From positions 13,195-77,194 of the forward strand of contig JANMOU010000054.1 of NCBI GenBank assembly GCA_031369495.1: 64,000 nucleotides of DNA. The letters run 5' to 3'. Shown piece by piece: positions 9,111 through 18,103 of this stretch (within the stretch, counting starts at the first letter, position 1; every line of letters begins with the position of its first letter). The notes below the pieces were generated by a model. It saw only the letters and a program-made list of their open reading frames with translations, did not search any database and was not told the origin of the DNA. Origin of the DNA: Novosphingobium sp. (GTDB taxonomy: Bacteria; Pseudomonadota; Alphaproteobacteria; Sphingomonadales; Sphingomonadaceae). Made by a program: the position numbers and the translations under genes.

Positions 9111-10838
9111 TTAGCCCCAGCGGCGCTGACCGCCACCATTGGGCTTGCCGCCACCGTTCGGTGTGCGCGGGGCCTGACCATCGCGGCGCGGCTGACCGCT
9201 GTCCGAGCGGGGAGCACCCTGACCGTCACGGCGGGGCGCTTGGCTGTCACGGCGCGGGGCCTGGCCATCCTGACGCGGACGATCGTCACGGCGCGGGGCC
9301 GGGCGTTCATCACGGCGCGGAGCTTGACCATCCCGGCGCGGAGCTGGGCGATCACCGCGTGGTTCGGGGCGGGTTTCGCGGCTTGGCATGTGGCCAAAGG
9401 CGCGCTCTTCGCGTTCTTGCGCTGCGAGCGGGTTGAACACTGGGCCGCGCGGTGGGGCTGAGGCTTGGCGGCTGTCACCAATCCGTTCGTTGCGGATGTA
9501 CTGATCGCGCGACTGGCCATCGCGGCCCTGTCCGCCGGGTGCGCGGTTCTTGTTCTGACGCGGACCGCCACGGCCACCGCCGCCGGCACCGCGTGCGCCG
9601 CTGCGGCCGCGTGCATCGCGTTCCTCGCGGCGCGCGTCCTGCTCGGCCTCGGCCGGCTTGCGGCTGGGGGCGGGCAGCCTCGCGGCTTCCTGCTGGAAGT
9701 TTTCGGGCAGCGGCAGCTGGGCCAGCTTCACATCGGTCAGCCGCTCGATATCGCGGATATAGGGCTTTTCATCGGGAGCGACAAAGCTGACCGCAACGCC
9801 ATCGGCCCCGGCGCGCGCGGTGCGTCCGATCCGGTGGACATACTGTTCGGCCACGTTGGGGATTTCAAAGTTGAACACATGGCTCACCCCCGAAACATCG
9901 ATCCCGCGCGCGGCGATGTCAGTCGCGACCAGCACCGGCGTGGTGCCCTTGCGGAACGCCAGCAGCGCCGCGGTGCGCTGGGCCTGGCTCTTGTTGCCGT
10001 GGATCGCGGCGGCGTTGACGCCGGCGGTGTTGAGGTGGCGAACCACCCGGTCGGCGCCGTGCTTGGTCCGGGTGAATACCAGCGTGCGTTCGATCTCGCC
10101 CGATTCGAGGCCCTTTTTCAGGCTGATCGTCAGCAAGGCCTGCTTTTCAGCCTGGTTGATGAAGATCGCATACTGCTCAACCCGCTCGGCCGTGGTGGCC
10201 TGCGGCGAAACTTCGACCCGCACCGGGTTGTTGATGAACTGCTTGCCCAGATCGGCGATCGCTTTTGGCATGGTCGCGGAAAAGAACAGGCTCTGGCGTT
10301 CCTTGGGCAGCATCGCCGAAACGCGCTTGAGCGGCACGATGAAACCAAGGTCCATCATCTGATCGGCTTCGTCGAGCACGAAGATTTCGACATTGCGCAG
10401 GGTCAGCGCGCGCTGATCGATCAGATCAAGCAGGCGGCCGGGAGTGGCGACCAGAATGTCGGTCCCGCCAACCAGCGCGCGGGCCTGCTTGCCCACCGGC
10501 AAACCGCCGAACACGCACTGGACCGAAAGGTTCAGGAACTTGGCATAGCCGCGCATATTCTCGGCGATCTGGGCGGCCAGCTCGCGGGTTGGCGAAAGCA
10601 CCAGCATCCGGCACGAAGCCGCGGTGCGGCCCTTGGGATCGGCGGCCAGGCGGTGCAGTGAAGGCAGCGAGAACGCAGCGGTTTTACCCGTGCCGGTCTG
10701 GGCAATGCCGAGCAGATCGCGGCCCGCCAGCAAGGCCGGAATGGCCTGAACCTGGATCGGGGTAGGGTCGGAATAACCCTTGGCTTCAAGCGCACGGAGC
10801 AAAGGCTCGGCCAGGCCAAGGTCGGAAAAATAAGACAT
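9111..10838 (-). CDS. rhlE: DEAD-box ATP-dependent RNA helicase with Arg/Asp/Gly-rich repetitive C-terminal tail
   Basis: Q-motif, AQTGTGKT, DEAD, SAT and HRIGRTAR motifs. The last ~150 aa carry repeated (A/Q)PRRD units. Confidence 0.9.
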   Translation of the reverse strand: MSYFSDLGLAEPLLRALEAKGYSDPTPIQVQAIPALLAGRDLLGIAQTGTGKTAAFSLPSLHRLAADPKGRTAASCRMLVLSPTRELAAQIAENMRGYAKFLNLSVQCVFGGLPVGKQARALVGGTDILVATPGRLLDLIDQRALTLRNVEIFVLDEADQMMDLGFIVPLKRVSAMLPKERQSLFFSATMPKAIADLGKQFINNPVRVEVSPQATTAERVEQYAIFINQAEKQALLTISLKKGLESGEIERTLVFTRTKHGADRVVRHLNTAGVNAAAIHGNKSQAQRTAALLAFRKGTTPVLVATDIAARGIDVSGVSHVFNFEIPNVAEQYVHRIGRTARAGADGVAVSFVAPDEKPYIRDIERLTDVKLAQLPLPENFQQEAARLPAPSRKPAEAEQDARREERDARGRSGARGAGGGGRGGPRQNKNRAPGGQGRDGQSRDQYIRNERIGDSRQASAPPRGPVFNPLAAQEREERAFGHMPSRETRPEPRGDRPAPRRDGQAPRRDERPAPRRDDRPRQDGQAPRRDSQAPRRDGQGAPRSDSGQPRRDGQAPRTPNGGGKPNGGGQRRWG

Positions 10839-11103
10839 GAAAAAAACTCACAATAGAAGCGGCGCACGCGCGCAGAATGGCGCGCGAACGAAGCAAGGTG
10901 TCGTTCGATGCGACCCTGCGTGAAAAAGGTGGCTTCAGCGATTTCGGCGATCGCAAGTTATCGGGCTGGCCATGCGTTGAAACGCCGACATCACGCTGCC
11001 CGAAACTGCGGCAGGACAAGACCCGCGCGCCGATCGTGGAGTGCCGCTTAAGCGAAGTTGCGGAGAAAAGCAAGGAAATTGCGTGGGCGCTGGTTGGCGG
11101 ACC

Positions 11104-12477
11104 TCAGCTGCCCGCAATAACCCCGAACAGGTCGTGCTCATCGGCATCTTCGATTCGGGCGCTGACGATCTGTCCCGCCGCCGTGCCCGCGGGCACATCA
11201 CGCAGATATACCGCGCCGTCGATTTCGGGGGCGTCGGCCTGGCTGCGGGCGGTGGCGCCAATGTCGCCGTCTTCGTCGGGCTCGCCGACCTCATCAATGA
11301 TCACCGGCAGGGTCCGGCCGATCTTGGCGGAAAGCTTGGTGGCGCTGATCGCGGCGGTCTTTTCCATGATCCGCTGGAACCGTTCTTCCTTGAGCTCTTC
11401 GGGCACCGGGTTTGGCAGGCCATTGGCGTGGGCGCCTTCGACCGGTTCAAACCGGAACGCGCCGACCCGGTCCAATTGTGCCTCATCCAGCCAATCGAGC
11501 AGGTACTGGAAATCAGCCTCGGTCTCACCCGGAAAGCCGACCACGAAGCTTGAGCGGATCGCGATATCGGGGCAAATCTCGCGCCAATTGCGCAGCCGTT
11601 CGAGCACTTTGGCCTCGTTGGCTGGGCGCTTCATCGCCTTCAGAACCGAGGGCGCGGCGTGCTGGAACGGAATGTCCAGGTAAGGCGTGATCAGACCCTG
11701 CGCCATCAGCGGGATCACCGCATCGACGTGGGGGTAGGGATAGACATAGTGCAGCCGAACCCACGGCGGCACGCCCTCTGGGGTGCGCAAACCGCCGAGT
11801 TCACGGGCCAGATCGGTCATGTGGGTGCGGACCGGATTGCCGTGCCACTGGCGTTCTTCATGGCGGACATCGACGCCGTAAGCGCTGGTGTCCTGGCTGA
11901 TCACCAGCAGCTCGCGGGTGCCGGCCGCGACTAGCTTTTCGGCCTCGCGCAGCACCGCGTCGATCCGGCGGCTGGCGAGTTTTCCGCGCAGGCTGGGGAT
12001 GATGCAGAACGAGCAGGCGTGGTTGCAGCCCTCGGAAATCTTGAGGTAGCTGTAGTGCCGCGGGGTCAGTTTGACGTCTTCGCCGCTGGGCACGAGGTCG
12101 ATAAAGGGTCCCTGCGTTGGCGGGGCGGCTTCGTGCACTGCCTCGACCACCGCTTCGTACTGATGCGCCCCGGTGACGGCCAGGACGGCGGGGAACTTGG
12201 CGCGGATCAGCGCGGCTTCATTGCCCATGCAGCCGGTTACGATCACCCGGCCATTCTCAGCAATTGCCTCGCCAATCGCGGCCAGGCTTTCTTCCTTGGC
12301 CGAATCAAGGAAGCCGCAGGTGTTGACCAGCACCACGTCCGCCCCGGCATAGTCGGGCGACATGGCATAGCCATCAGCCCGCAGCCGGGTCAGGATCCGC
12401 TCGCTGTCGACCAATGCTTTGGGGCAGCCGAGGCTGACCATGCCGACGCGCTTTTGCTGGGGGATTACCGTTGCCAT
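11104..12477 (-). CDS. rimO: ribosomal protein S12 methylthiotransferase
   Basis: [15 protein letters not shown]-terminal domain, radical-SAM CNHACSFC, C-terminal TRAM. Confidence 0.92.
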   Translation of the reverse strand: MATVIPQQKRVGMVSLGCPKALVDSERILTRLRADGYAMSPDYAGADVVLVNTCGFLDSAKEESLAAIGEAIAENGRVIVTGCMGNEAALIRAKFPAVLAVTGAHQYEAVVEAVHEAAPPTQGPFIDLVPSGEDVKLTPRHYSYLKISEGCNHACSFCIIPSLRGKLASRRIDAVLREAEKLVAAGTRELLVISQDTSAYGVDVRHEERQWHGNPVRTHMTDLARELGGLRTPEGVPPWVRLHYVYPYPHVDAVIPLMAQGLITPYLDIPFQHAAPSVLKAMKRPANEAKVLERLRNWREICPDIAIRSSFVVGFPGETEADFQYLLDWLDEAQLDRVGAFRFEPVEGAHANGLPNPVPEELKEERFQRIMEKTAAISATKLSAKIGRTLPVIIDEVGEPDEDGDIGATARSQADAPEIDGAVYLRDVPAGTAAGQIVSARIEDADEHDLFGVIAGS

Positions 12478-12525
12478 CGCGGCGGGGCCTTACACTGCGC
12501 CGCAGCAAAGTGCTAGGGAAAGGGA

Positions 12526-13032
12526 ATGGAGATCACCATCACCAAGGGGCGCCTGTTGGATCAGATCGCGATTACCCGCGCCGATGGCACCAGCGCGGCA
12601 ACAACCTTTCCCAAGAAAGGCCCGGTCCCGCACGATGCCGTCCACTGGTTTGTCGAGCGCGAACTGGAACTGGCGCAAGGCTTTTGGGGCATGGTCGCGG
12701 GCGGGCTTCATCCAGAGGCGATCGCGGAAATAGCCAAGGCGGGGGGCCACGCCAGCGCCAGCCGGGCGCAGGTGCCCGATGCTGCGATTGTCGAGCTACT
12801 TCAGGCCGAGCGGCTGGTGGAATGCTTTGAGGCCGATCTGTGGGGAGGCGGCGGTGCGGCCGCAGATCTGATTGCTTTGGCGGAGACCGCCTGCGGCACT
12901 TCACATGTTCCCTTGCCCAAACTTGATACCGCAGCGGTGAAGCGGATTCGCGCCGGGCTGGGCCAATTCGCGCGCGATTGGATCGCTGCTCCGCAGGGCT
13001 ATATCGCCGTGCTGGAATGGAAGGATTTGTAA
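12526..13032 (+). CDS. hypothetical protein
   Basis: 168-aa ORF with good coding look, divergent from rimO. Stop overlaps the next start (TAATG). No motif I recognise. Confidence 0.5.
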   Translation: MEITITKGRLLDQIAITRADGTSAATTFPKKGPVPHDAVHWFVERELELAQGFWGMVAGGLHPEAIAEIAKAGGHASASRAQVPDAAIVELLQAERLVECFEADLWGGGGAAADLIALAETACGTSHVPLPKLDTAAVKRIRAGLGQFARDWIAAPQGYIAVLEWKDL

Positions 13033-13376
13033 TGGGAACGGTCAACTGGCCGGCGGTGATCTGCGCCACCATTGCAGCGGGGGCGGTGCTGTGGCTATTC
13101 TGGCGCGAGCGTCTGCCGCTCTGGGGCTATGGCCTCGCGATCATCCCGGCGGCGATGCTGGGCCACGCCCTCGCGCGGATCGGGGCGGAAAAGCTGGCAG
13201 TGAAGCCGTGGCTCTATGCGATGCAATCGGGCGGGCTGGCGCTGACAATTGTGCTCCCGGCGGTGTGGATGCTGGGGCTGCGCAGCGGAGCCACCAAAGC
13301 CCAGATGGCGCGCGACAGTGCGGCCTTCGTGCTGGCTTATCTGGCGATGGGGGCGGTGTTCTACTTCTTGGGCTGA
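13032..13376 (+). CDS. small integral membrane protein (possibly DUF1761-like)
   Basis: Track ORF 12978..13376 trimmed to MGTVNWPAVICATIAAG. Has 3-4 predicted TM helices. Confidence 0.5.
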   Translation: MGTVNWPAVICATIAAGAVLWLFWRERLPLWGYGLAIIPAAMLGHALARIGAEKLAVKPWLYAMQSGGLALTIVLPAVWMLGLRSGATKAQMARDSAAFVLAYLAMGAVFYFLG

Positions 13377-14236
13377 GGCGCCTTCATCTTGGGCAGGAAC
13401 TTGACCGGATCGAGCGCCACGCGATTCTTGCGGACCTCGAAATGCAGCTGCGGTTCAGTCGCCAGGCCGGTTTCGCCGACCAGCCCGATCCGCTCGCCAG
13501 CCTTGACCTCGTCACCTTCTTTAACGGTGACTTTGGACAGGAACGAATAGGTGGTGGTCCAGCGGCCGCCGTGGAACAAGATCACGGTCAGGCCGTAGTC
13601 GTCGGGGCCCTGTCCGGCGAAAATCACCTTGCCGGCGGCACTGGCGCGCACGGTAGTGCCTTCGGGGGAGAGCAGATCGATCCCTTCGTGCGGGCCGTCC
13701 TTGGCCCCGGCACCAGCGAAAGACCGGCGGACTTTGCCGGTCAATGGCCAGGCGAACTTCGGCGCCGGGGTATCGGCCAAGGCCGCGGCGCTGGCGCTGG
13801 GCGAAGGGCTGGGCGCGGGTGTGGCGACTGGCGCAGTGACCGCTTTGGAGGAGATAGTCGGGATCGCGAGCTTCTGCCCGGCCTTGACCGGATCGCCGAC
13901 TTTCAGCCCGTTGGCGGCAGCGATCGCGGACCACGGCACGCCATAATCGAGCGCGATTGAAAACCCGGTTTCACCTTCTGCTACAGTGTGACTGCGGCGG
14001 CGCGGGATCACCAGCTTTTGCCCGGTGCGCAGGGCATAGGGCTCTTTCAGGCCGTTCGCTTCGATGATCAGCACCCGGGGAACTTCGGCGCGGACGGCAA
14101 TCCCGCCCAGCGTTTCGCCCGCTTTGACTACGTGCACCGCCTCGGTTTTGGGATCGGGCGCCTTGGCATCCTCCGCCAGCAGAGGCGCGGCCAGCAGGGC
14201 TGCCAACGCAAGGCCAGAGGCGCCGAGCCGCTTCAC
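13361..14236 (-). CDS. LysM-domain M23 family metallopeptidase (NlpD-like)
   Basis: Two LysM-like segments (HVVKAGETLGGIA, HTVAEGETGFSIA), a Pro/Ala linker and a C-terminal M23 core (GIDLLSPEGTTVRASAAGKV..HFEV). Trimmed to the GTG (VKRLGASGLALAALL signal) that forms GTGA with the surE stop. Confidence 0.85.
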   Translation of the reverse strand: MKRLGASGLALAALLAAPLLAEDAKAPDPKTEAVHVVKAGETLGGIAVRAEVPRVLIIEANGLKEPYALRTGQKLVIPRRRSHTVAEGETGFSIALDYGVPWSAIAAANGLKVGDPVKAGQKLAIPTISSKAVTAPVATPAPSPSPSASAAALADTPAPKFAWPLTGKVRRSFAGAGAKDGPHEGIDLLSPEGTTVRASAAGKVIFAGQGPDDYGLTVILFHGGRWTTTYSFLSKVTVKEGDEVKAGERIGLVGETGLATEPQLHFEVRKNRVALDPVKFLPKMKAPQPKK

Positions 14237-14997
14237 CCGCCGAACCGTCCGGCAAGTTCCGCCAGCGAGGCGTCGTGGGTCAGGTCCAGTTGCAGCGGAG
14301 TCACCGAAACGTATCCATCCTGAATGGCCTCCAGGTCGCTCGCATGGCCGGGCGTATGCTCGATCCCATGCAGGCCGAACCAATAGTACCGGTACCCCCT
14401 TGGGTCGGTTCCTTCAACCACCGATCCGCGCGCATAGTCATGAAATCCTTGGCGAACTACGCGGATGCCCTGAACCTGATCGGCCGGAATGGCGGGGAAG
14501 TTGATGTTGACCAGCGTGCGCGGAGCGAATGGAACTCCCAGCAACGGGGCGATCGCCTTGGCCCCCCAGGCTTCGGCGGCGCCGAACGGGACCGTGTCGC
14601 CCATGCCCTCTTTGGCATAGACCTGACTCAGCGCGATCGAGCGGATGCCGGCCAGTGCGCCTTCGATCGCGGCGCTGACCGTGCCCGAATAGGTCACATC
14701 ATCGCCCAGATTGGCCCCGCGATTGATCCCGGACAGGATCAGATCGGGCCGCTCTGGCATCACCGTGCGCAGCGCCATCATCACCGAATCGGTCGGGGTG
14801 CCCGAAACGGCAAACCGGCGCTCGGAATATTGCCGCAGCCGCACCGGACTGCCGAGCGTGAGCGAGTGCCCGGCGCCCGATTGCTCCTCGGCCGGGGCGA
14901 CGATCCAAATGTCATCGGAAAAGGTTCGCGCGATCTTTTCCAGCACTTCGAGGCCGGGGGCGTGGATGCCATCGTCGTTGGTCAGGAGAATGCGCAC
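14233..14997 (-). CDS. surE: 5'/3'-nucleotidase SurE
   Basis: MRILLTNDDGIHAPG N-terminus and full-length family resemblance. Confidence 0.93.
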   Translation of the reverse strand: MRILLTNDDGIHAPGLEVLEKIARTFSDDIWIVAPAEEQSGAGHSLTLGSPVRLRQYSERRFAVSGTPTDSVMMALRTVMPERPDLILSGINRGANLGDDVTYSGTVSAAIEGALAGIRSIALSQVYAKEGMGDTVPFGAAEAWGAKAIAPLLGVPFAPRTLVNINFPAIPADQVQGIRVVRQGFHDYARGSVVEGTDPRGYRYYWFGLHGIEHTPGHASDLEAIQDGYVSVTPLQLDLTHDASLAELAGRFGG

Positions 14998-15017
14998 TTT
15001 AACTGGCCTTCCAATTT

Positions 15018-15091
15018 CCGCTCAGGCTGAGCCTGTCGAAGCCCATTCGTTCTAGGCCGCCAGGACCCTTCGACAAGCTCAGGGTGAGCGG
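15018..15091. repeat. imperfect palindromic intergenic repeat (GCTCAGGCTGAGCCTGTCGAAGC / CCTTCGACAAGCTCAGGGTGAGCGG arms)
   Basis: About 25-nt arms in inverted orientation with several mismatches, lying between the serS stop and the surE start. It is the type of element that yields spurious ..EPVEAH.. / ..FDKLRVSG.. peptides. Confidence 0.6.
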
Positions 15092-15095
15092 TTGT

Positions 15096-16373
15096 CTACT
15101 GCGGTGTTAGCCGCTCGATCCCGCCCATATAGGGCAGCAGCGCAGCGGGAACGGTGACCGAGCCGTCCTCTTGCTGGTAATTCTCCAGCACCGCCACCAA
15201 GGTCCGGCCCACCGCGAGGCCAGAGCCGTTGAGGGTGTGGACGAATTCGGTGCCTTTCGCGCCGTCCGGACGGTAGCGGGTATTCATCCGCCGGGCCTGA
15301 AAATCGCCGCAGTTGGAACAGGATGAAATCTCGCGATAAGTGCCTTGCCCCGGCAACCAGACCTCAAGATCATAGGTTTTCGTGGCGCCGAAGCCCATGT
15401 CGCCGGTGCACAGCAACACCTTGCGATAGGGCAGTTCCAGCGTCTCCAGGATCGATTCGGCCGCTCCTACCATCCGTTCGTGCTCTGCAACCGAGTCACC
15501 GGGCCGTACCACACTGACCAGTTCGCATTTCTCAAACTGGTGCTGACGGATGAACCCGCGCGTGTCCTTGCCTGCCGCACCCGCTTCGCTGCGGAAACAC
15601 AGTGTCAATGCGGTCATCCGCAGGGGTAGCGCGGCATCGTCCAGAATCTGGCCCATAACCGAACTTGTCAGGCTGACCTCGGCAGTTGGGATCAGCCAGC
15701 GGCCATCGGTAGTGCGGAACGAATCCTCGGCGAACTTGGGCAATTTGTCCGTGCCGTACATCGCTTCGTCGCGGACAAGCACCGGGGGGTTGCATTCGGT
15801 ATAGCCGTTTACGCTGGTTTGTTGGTCGAGCATGAACTGCCCCAGCGCCCGTTCAAGCCGCGCCATTTGCCCGCGTAAAAACGTAAAGCGAGCGCCTGAG
15901 ATCAGCGCACCGGTTTCGAAATCGAGGCCGAGCGCCGGGCCGAGATCGGCGTGTTCCCTAGGGGTGAAGTTGAAGCTGCGCGGGGTGCCCCAGCGGCTGA
16001 CTTCAACATTGTCCGCCTCGTTCGCGCCAGGAGGCACATCGGCGGCGGGCAGGTTGGGCACGATTGCCAGCGCGTCTTGCAACCGAGCCGTCAGGTCTTT
16101 TTCTTCAGCCTCGAGCGCGGGGAGCGTGTCCTTCAGGCTGGCAACCTCGGCCTTCAGGCGTTCGGCCTCAGCCGTATCACCTTTGCCCATTGCAGCGCCA
16201 ATCGCCTTGCTGGCGTCGTTCCGGCGGCTCTGCGCCTCTTGCATCCGCGTCGCCACGGCGCGGCGATCGGTATCGAGCGCCAGAATTGACGCCGATAACG
16301 GCTCAGCCCCGCGCCGCGCCAGACCGGCGTCGAAAGCTTCGGGGTTTTCGCGGATGAATTTGATATCGTGCAT
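15096..16373 (-). CDS. serS: seryl-tRNA synthetase
   Basis: Trimmed to [15 protein letters not shown]-terminal coiled-coil arm plus class II core motifs. Confidence 0.93.
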   Translation of the reverse strand: MHDIKFIRENPEAFDAGLARRGAEPLSASILALDTDRRAVATRMQEAQSRRNDASKAIGAAMGKGDTAEAERLKAEVASLKDTLPALEAEEKDLTARLQDALAIVPNLPAADVPPGANEADNVEVSRWGTPRSFNFTPREHADLGPALGLDFETGALISGARFTFLRGQMARLERALGQFMLDQQTSVNGYTECNPPVLVRDEAMYGTDKLPKFAEDSFRTTDGRWLIPTAEVSLTSSVMGQILDDAALPLRMTALTLCFRSEAGAAGKDTRGFIRQHQFEKCELVSVVRPGDSVAEHERMVGAAESILETLELPYRKVLLCTGDMGFGATKTYDLEVWLPGQGTYREISSCSNCGDFQARRMNTRYRPDGAKGTEFVHTLNGSGLAVGRTLVAVLENYQQEDGSVTVPAALLPYMGGIERLTPQ

Positions 16374-16608
16374 GGTGCTGGCGCTATGCCTGCCATCGGC
16401 GGCGCTTTCAACCGTGCGGCGCCAAAGGTAACAAACATCCACACGAAACCGCTTGGGGTTGTTACCTTAGGTCACCTTATGTGAGCTTCCGCGCGAGCGC
16501 CCAATTGGCGGAATGGGATCAGCTACAATGTCAAATAGCGCAGGTGCGGCAGTCTGTCAGATCGGCGGGGTGTAGGAAAGTCGGTGAAGGCTCTACGCCA
16601 CTCCACTG

Positions 16609-16757
16609 CCGTCATCCTGAACTTGTTTCAGGACCCATCGTGCCGCAATTCCGGAGCGGCGTTTCTATCGCGAGGCCACCGCGCGGTGAGGCTGCTTTGC
16701 GATCCCACGCTCCGGTCAGACGGCGGAATGGGTCCTGAAACAAGTTCAGGATGACGG
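16609..16757. repeat. MITE-like element with perfect 30-bp terminal inverted repeats
   Basis: CCGTCATCCTGAACTTGTTTCAGGACCCAT at 16609-16638 and its exact reverse complement at 16728-16757. An inner CCGGAGCG/CGCTCCGG inverted repeat is present. No coding capacity. Confidence 0.75.
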
Positions 16758-16785
16758 ATTGGGCGGGGAAGCGCTTGAATGAAAA

Positions 16786-16860
16786 TGGTGGGCGCGGCAG
16801 GGATTGAACCTGCGACCCCACCCGTGTGAAGGGTGTGCTCTACCACTGAGCTACGCGCCC
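16786..16860 (-). tRNA. tRNA-Val (anticodon CAC)
   Basis: Hand-folded cloverleaf. Acceptor GGGCGCG/CGCGCCC, anticodon stem CACCC/GGGTG with loop TTCACAC, T-loop TTCAATC, encoded CCA. Confidence 0.9.
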
Positions 16861-16964
16861 ATTCGCGCGATCTGCCCGCGAGGGCCGCGTTGCGAATGAA
16901 GGCGGGCCATTAGTCCGCCGCGCGCTAATTGACAAGACTGCAAAGCGGGGTAGTGCAACCCGCC

Positions 16965-17276
16965 ATGAGCGAAGAAAACACCCCCGAAGCCGCACCCGCC
17001 GTTCCAGCTGCCGTCGACGTTCCGCCCAACCGGATCGCGATCAGCCCGCGCAGCGAGTTTTTTGACGAGGACAAGCTGATGCGCGGCATCGGCATCCGCT
17101 TCAAAGGCACAGTCCGCACAAATGTTGAGGAATACTGCATTTCCGAAGGCTGGGTGCGGGTTCAGGCCGGCAAGACCATGGACCGCCACGGTCAGCCGCT
17201 GACGCTCAAGCTCAACGGCCCGGTCGAAGCCTGGTACGAAGATCTGGGCGAAGGCGCGCCCGTAGCGAAGCTTTAG
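16965..17276 (+). CDS. DUF3297-family protein
   Basis: PPNRIAISPRSEFFDEDKL..GIRFKG..NVEEYCISEGWVRV matches my recollection of DUF3297. Trimmed to MSEENTPE. Confidence 0.7.
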   Translation: MSEENTPEAAPAVPAAVDVPPNRIAISPRSEFFDEDKLMRGIGIRFKGTVRTNVEEYCISEGWVRVQAGKTMDRHGQPLTLKLNGPVEAWYEDLGEGAPVAKL

Positions 17277-17283
17277 ACCCCTA

Positions 17284-17325
17284 AGATCCTTCCCATTTGC
17301 GCTAACGCGAAAATGGAGAGGATCT
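17284..17325. terminator. putative bidirectional hairpin between convergent genes
   Basis: AGATCCTTCCCATTT / AAATGGAGAGGATCT, 13 of 15 paired, 12-nt loop. Confidence 0.4.
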
Positions 17326-17328
17326 AAG

Positions 17329-17940
17329 TCACCACTTCATCTTGCGCTTGATGATGTCGCCGATCGGGTCGCGGCTGGGCGCTGCCTTGGCTGCGGACTG
17401 GGCTGGCTTCTCGCCCTTCTGCGGCTTGGCCGGATAGATAAAGCCTTGCACTGGCCAGTGCGATCCGCCCAGCGCTTGCAGCGGCGCGTACCAGACCCGG
17501 ACCGAAGACCAGTCGTTGGCGTCGGACACGTCAATGACTTTGACGTTGTCCTCGATCTGGCCGCGGCGGCCGTTGATCAGGCTCCAGTTGGAATGGCGGA
17601 TCAGGATCGTGCGGCTGTCGACGATCCGGCTGACTGCGGCGACATGGCCCAGGGTTGAACCACCACTGGGCCTCAGCGCCATCACCGCACCAACCTTGGG
17701 CCGGAATCCGCGGGCATAGCGCCCTTCGGCCTGGCCCCACCAGGTATGGGCATCGCCATAGATCTGGATCCCGCTGACCCGGCGGGCATAGGGCACGCAT
17801 TGCAGATAGGGCGGCAGCTGCGGGTTATCGGCGGCGTCTACTTCGGCCCGGTCAGGCAGCGAAATGAGTGCAAAGGCCGGCGTCGCAGGCAGCGCGACAA
17901 GGGCAGCGGCAAGCAAGAGGCGGCGCGAGTCCATAGGCAC
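17329..17940 (-). CDS. CHAP-domain (cysteine/histidine amidohydrolase-peptidase) secreted protein
   Basis: Signal peptide. Catalytic-type Cys in QCVPYARR and His in GHVAAVSRI. Confidence 0.75.
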   Translation of the reverse strand: MPMDSRRLLLAAALVALPATPAFALISLPDRAEVDAADNPQLPPYLQCVPYARRVSGIQIYGDAHTWWGQAEGRYARGFRPKVGAVMALRPSGGSTLGHVAAVSRIVDSRTILIRHSNWSLINGRRGQIEDNVKVIDVSDANDWSSVRVWYAPLQALGGSHWPVQGFIYPAKPQKGEKPAQSAAKAAPSRDPIGDIIKRKMKW

Positions 17941-18103
17941 TGTCTGCAGCAGACTTGGTTATGACCAGCCTGCGCAGTATGGTTAACGGCGCGGCAACAC
18001 TTTGCCCATGATCCGCCAAAAGCTTGCCGGTCTGGTGCAGTCAACGCCCGGCCGAAACGGCGCAGCGCTTGCAAAAAAGTGCCGTCCGGCGCAGGGCGGC
18101 GCC

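Noticed and set aside
9140-9400. Regularly spaced short DNA repeats that at first glance could suggest a CRISPR-like array
   Set aside because: The units are contiguous with no unique spacers, lie in-frame inside rhlE and encode the PRRD repeat tail. This is a coding tandem repeat, not a CRISPR array.
14233-14236. surE is coupled directly to the nlpD-like gene, without the pcm gene that often sits between them
   Set aside because: This is real in the sequence, but gene-order variation of this cluster is common. I do not consider it informative without genome context.
16481-16846. Track ORFs 16481-16738 (+), 16612-16821 (-) and 16628-16846 (-)
   Set aside because: They are read through the MITE-like inverted repeat and even into tRNA-Val. 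They are artefacts of the repeat (PELVSGP / ILNLFQDP-type peptides).
16929-16956. TTGACA at 16929-16934 considered as the -35 of a leaderless promoter for the DUF3297 gene, with its complement TTGTCA serving tRNA-Val
   Set aside because: The candidate -10 hexamers (TAGTGC / TAATGG) are weak. The idea is plausible but not supportable from sequence alone.
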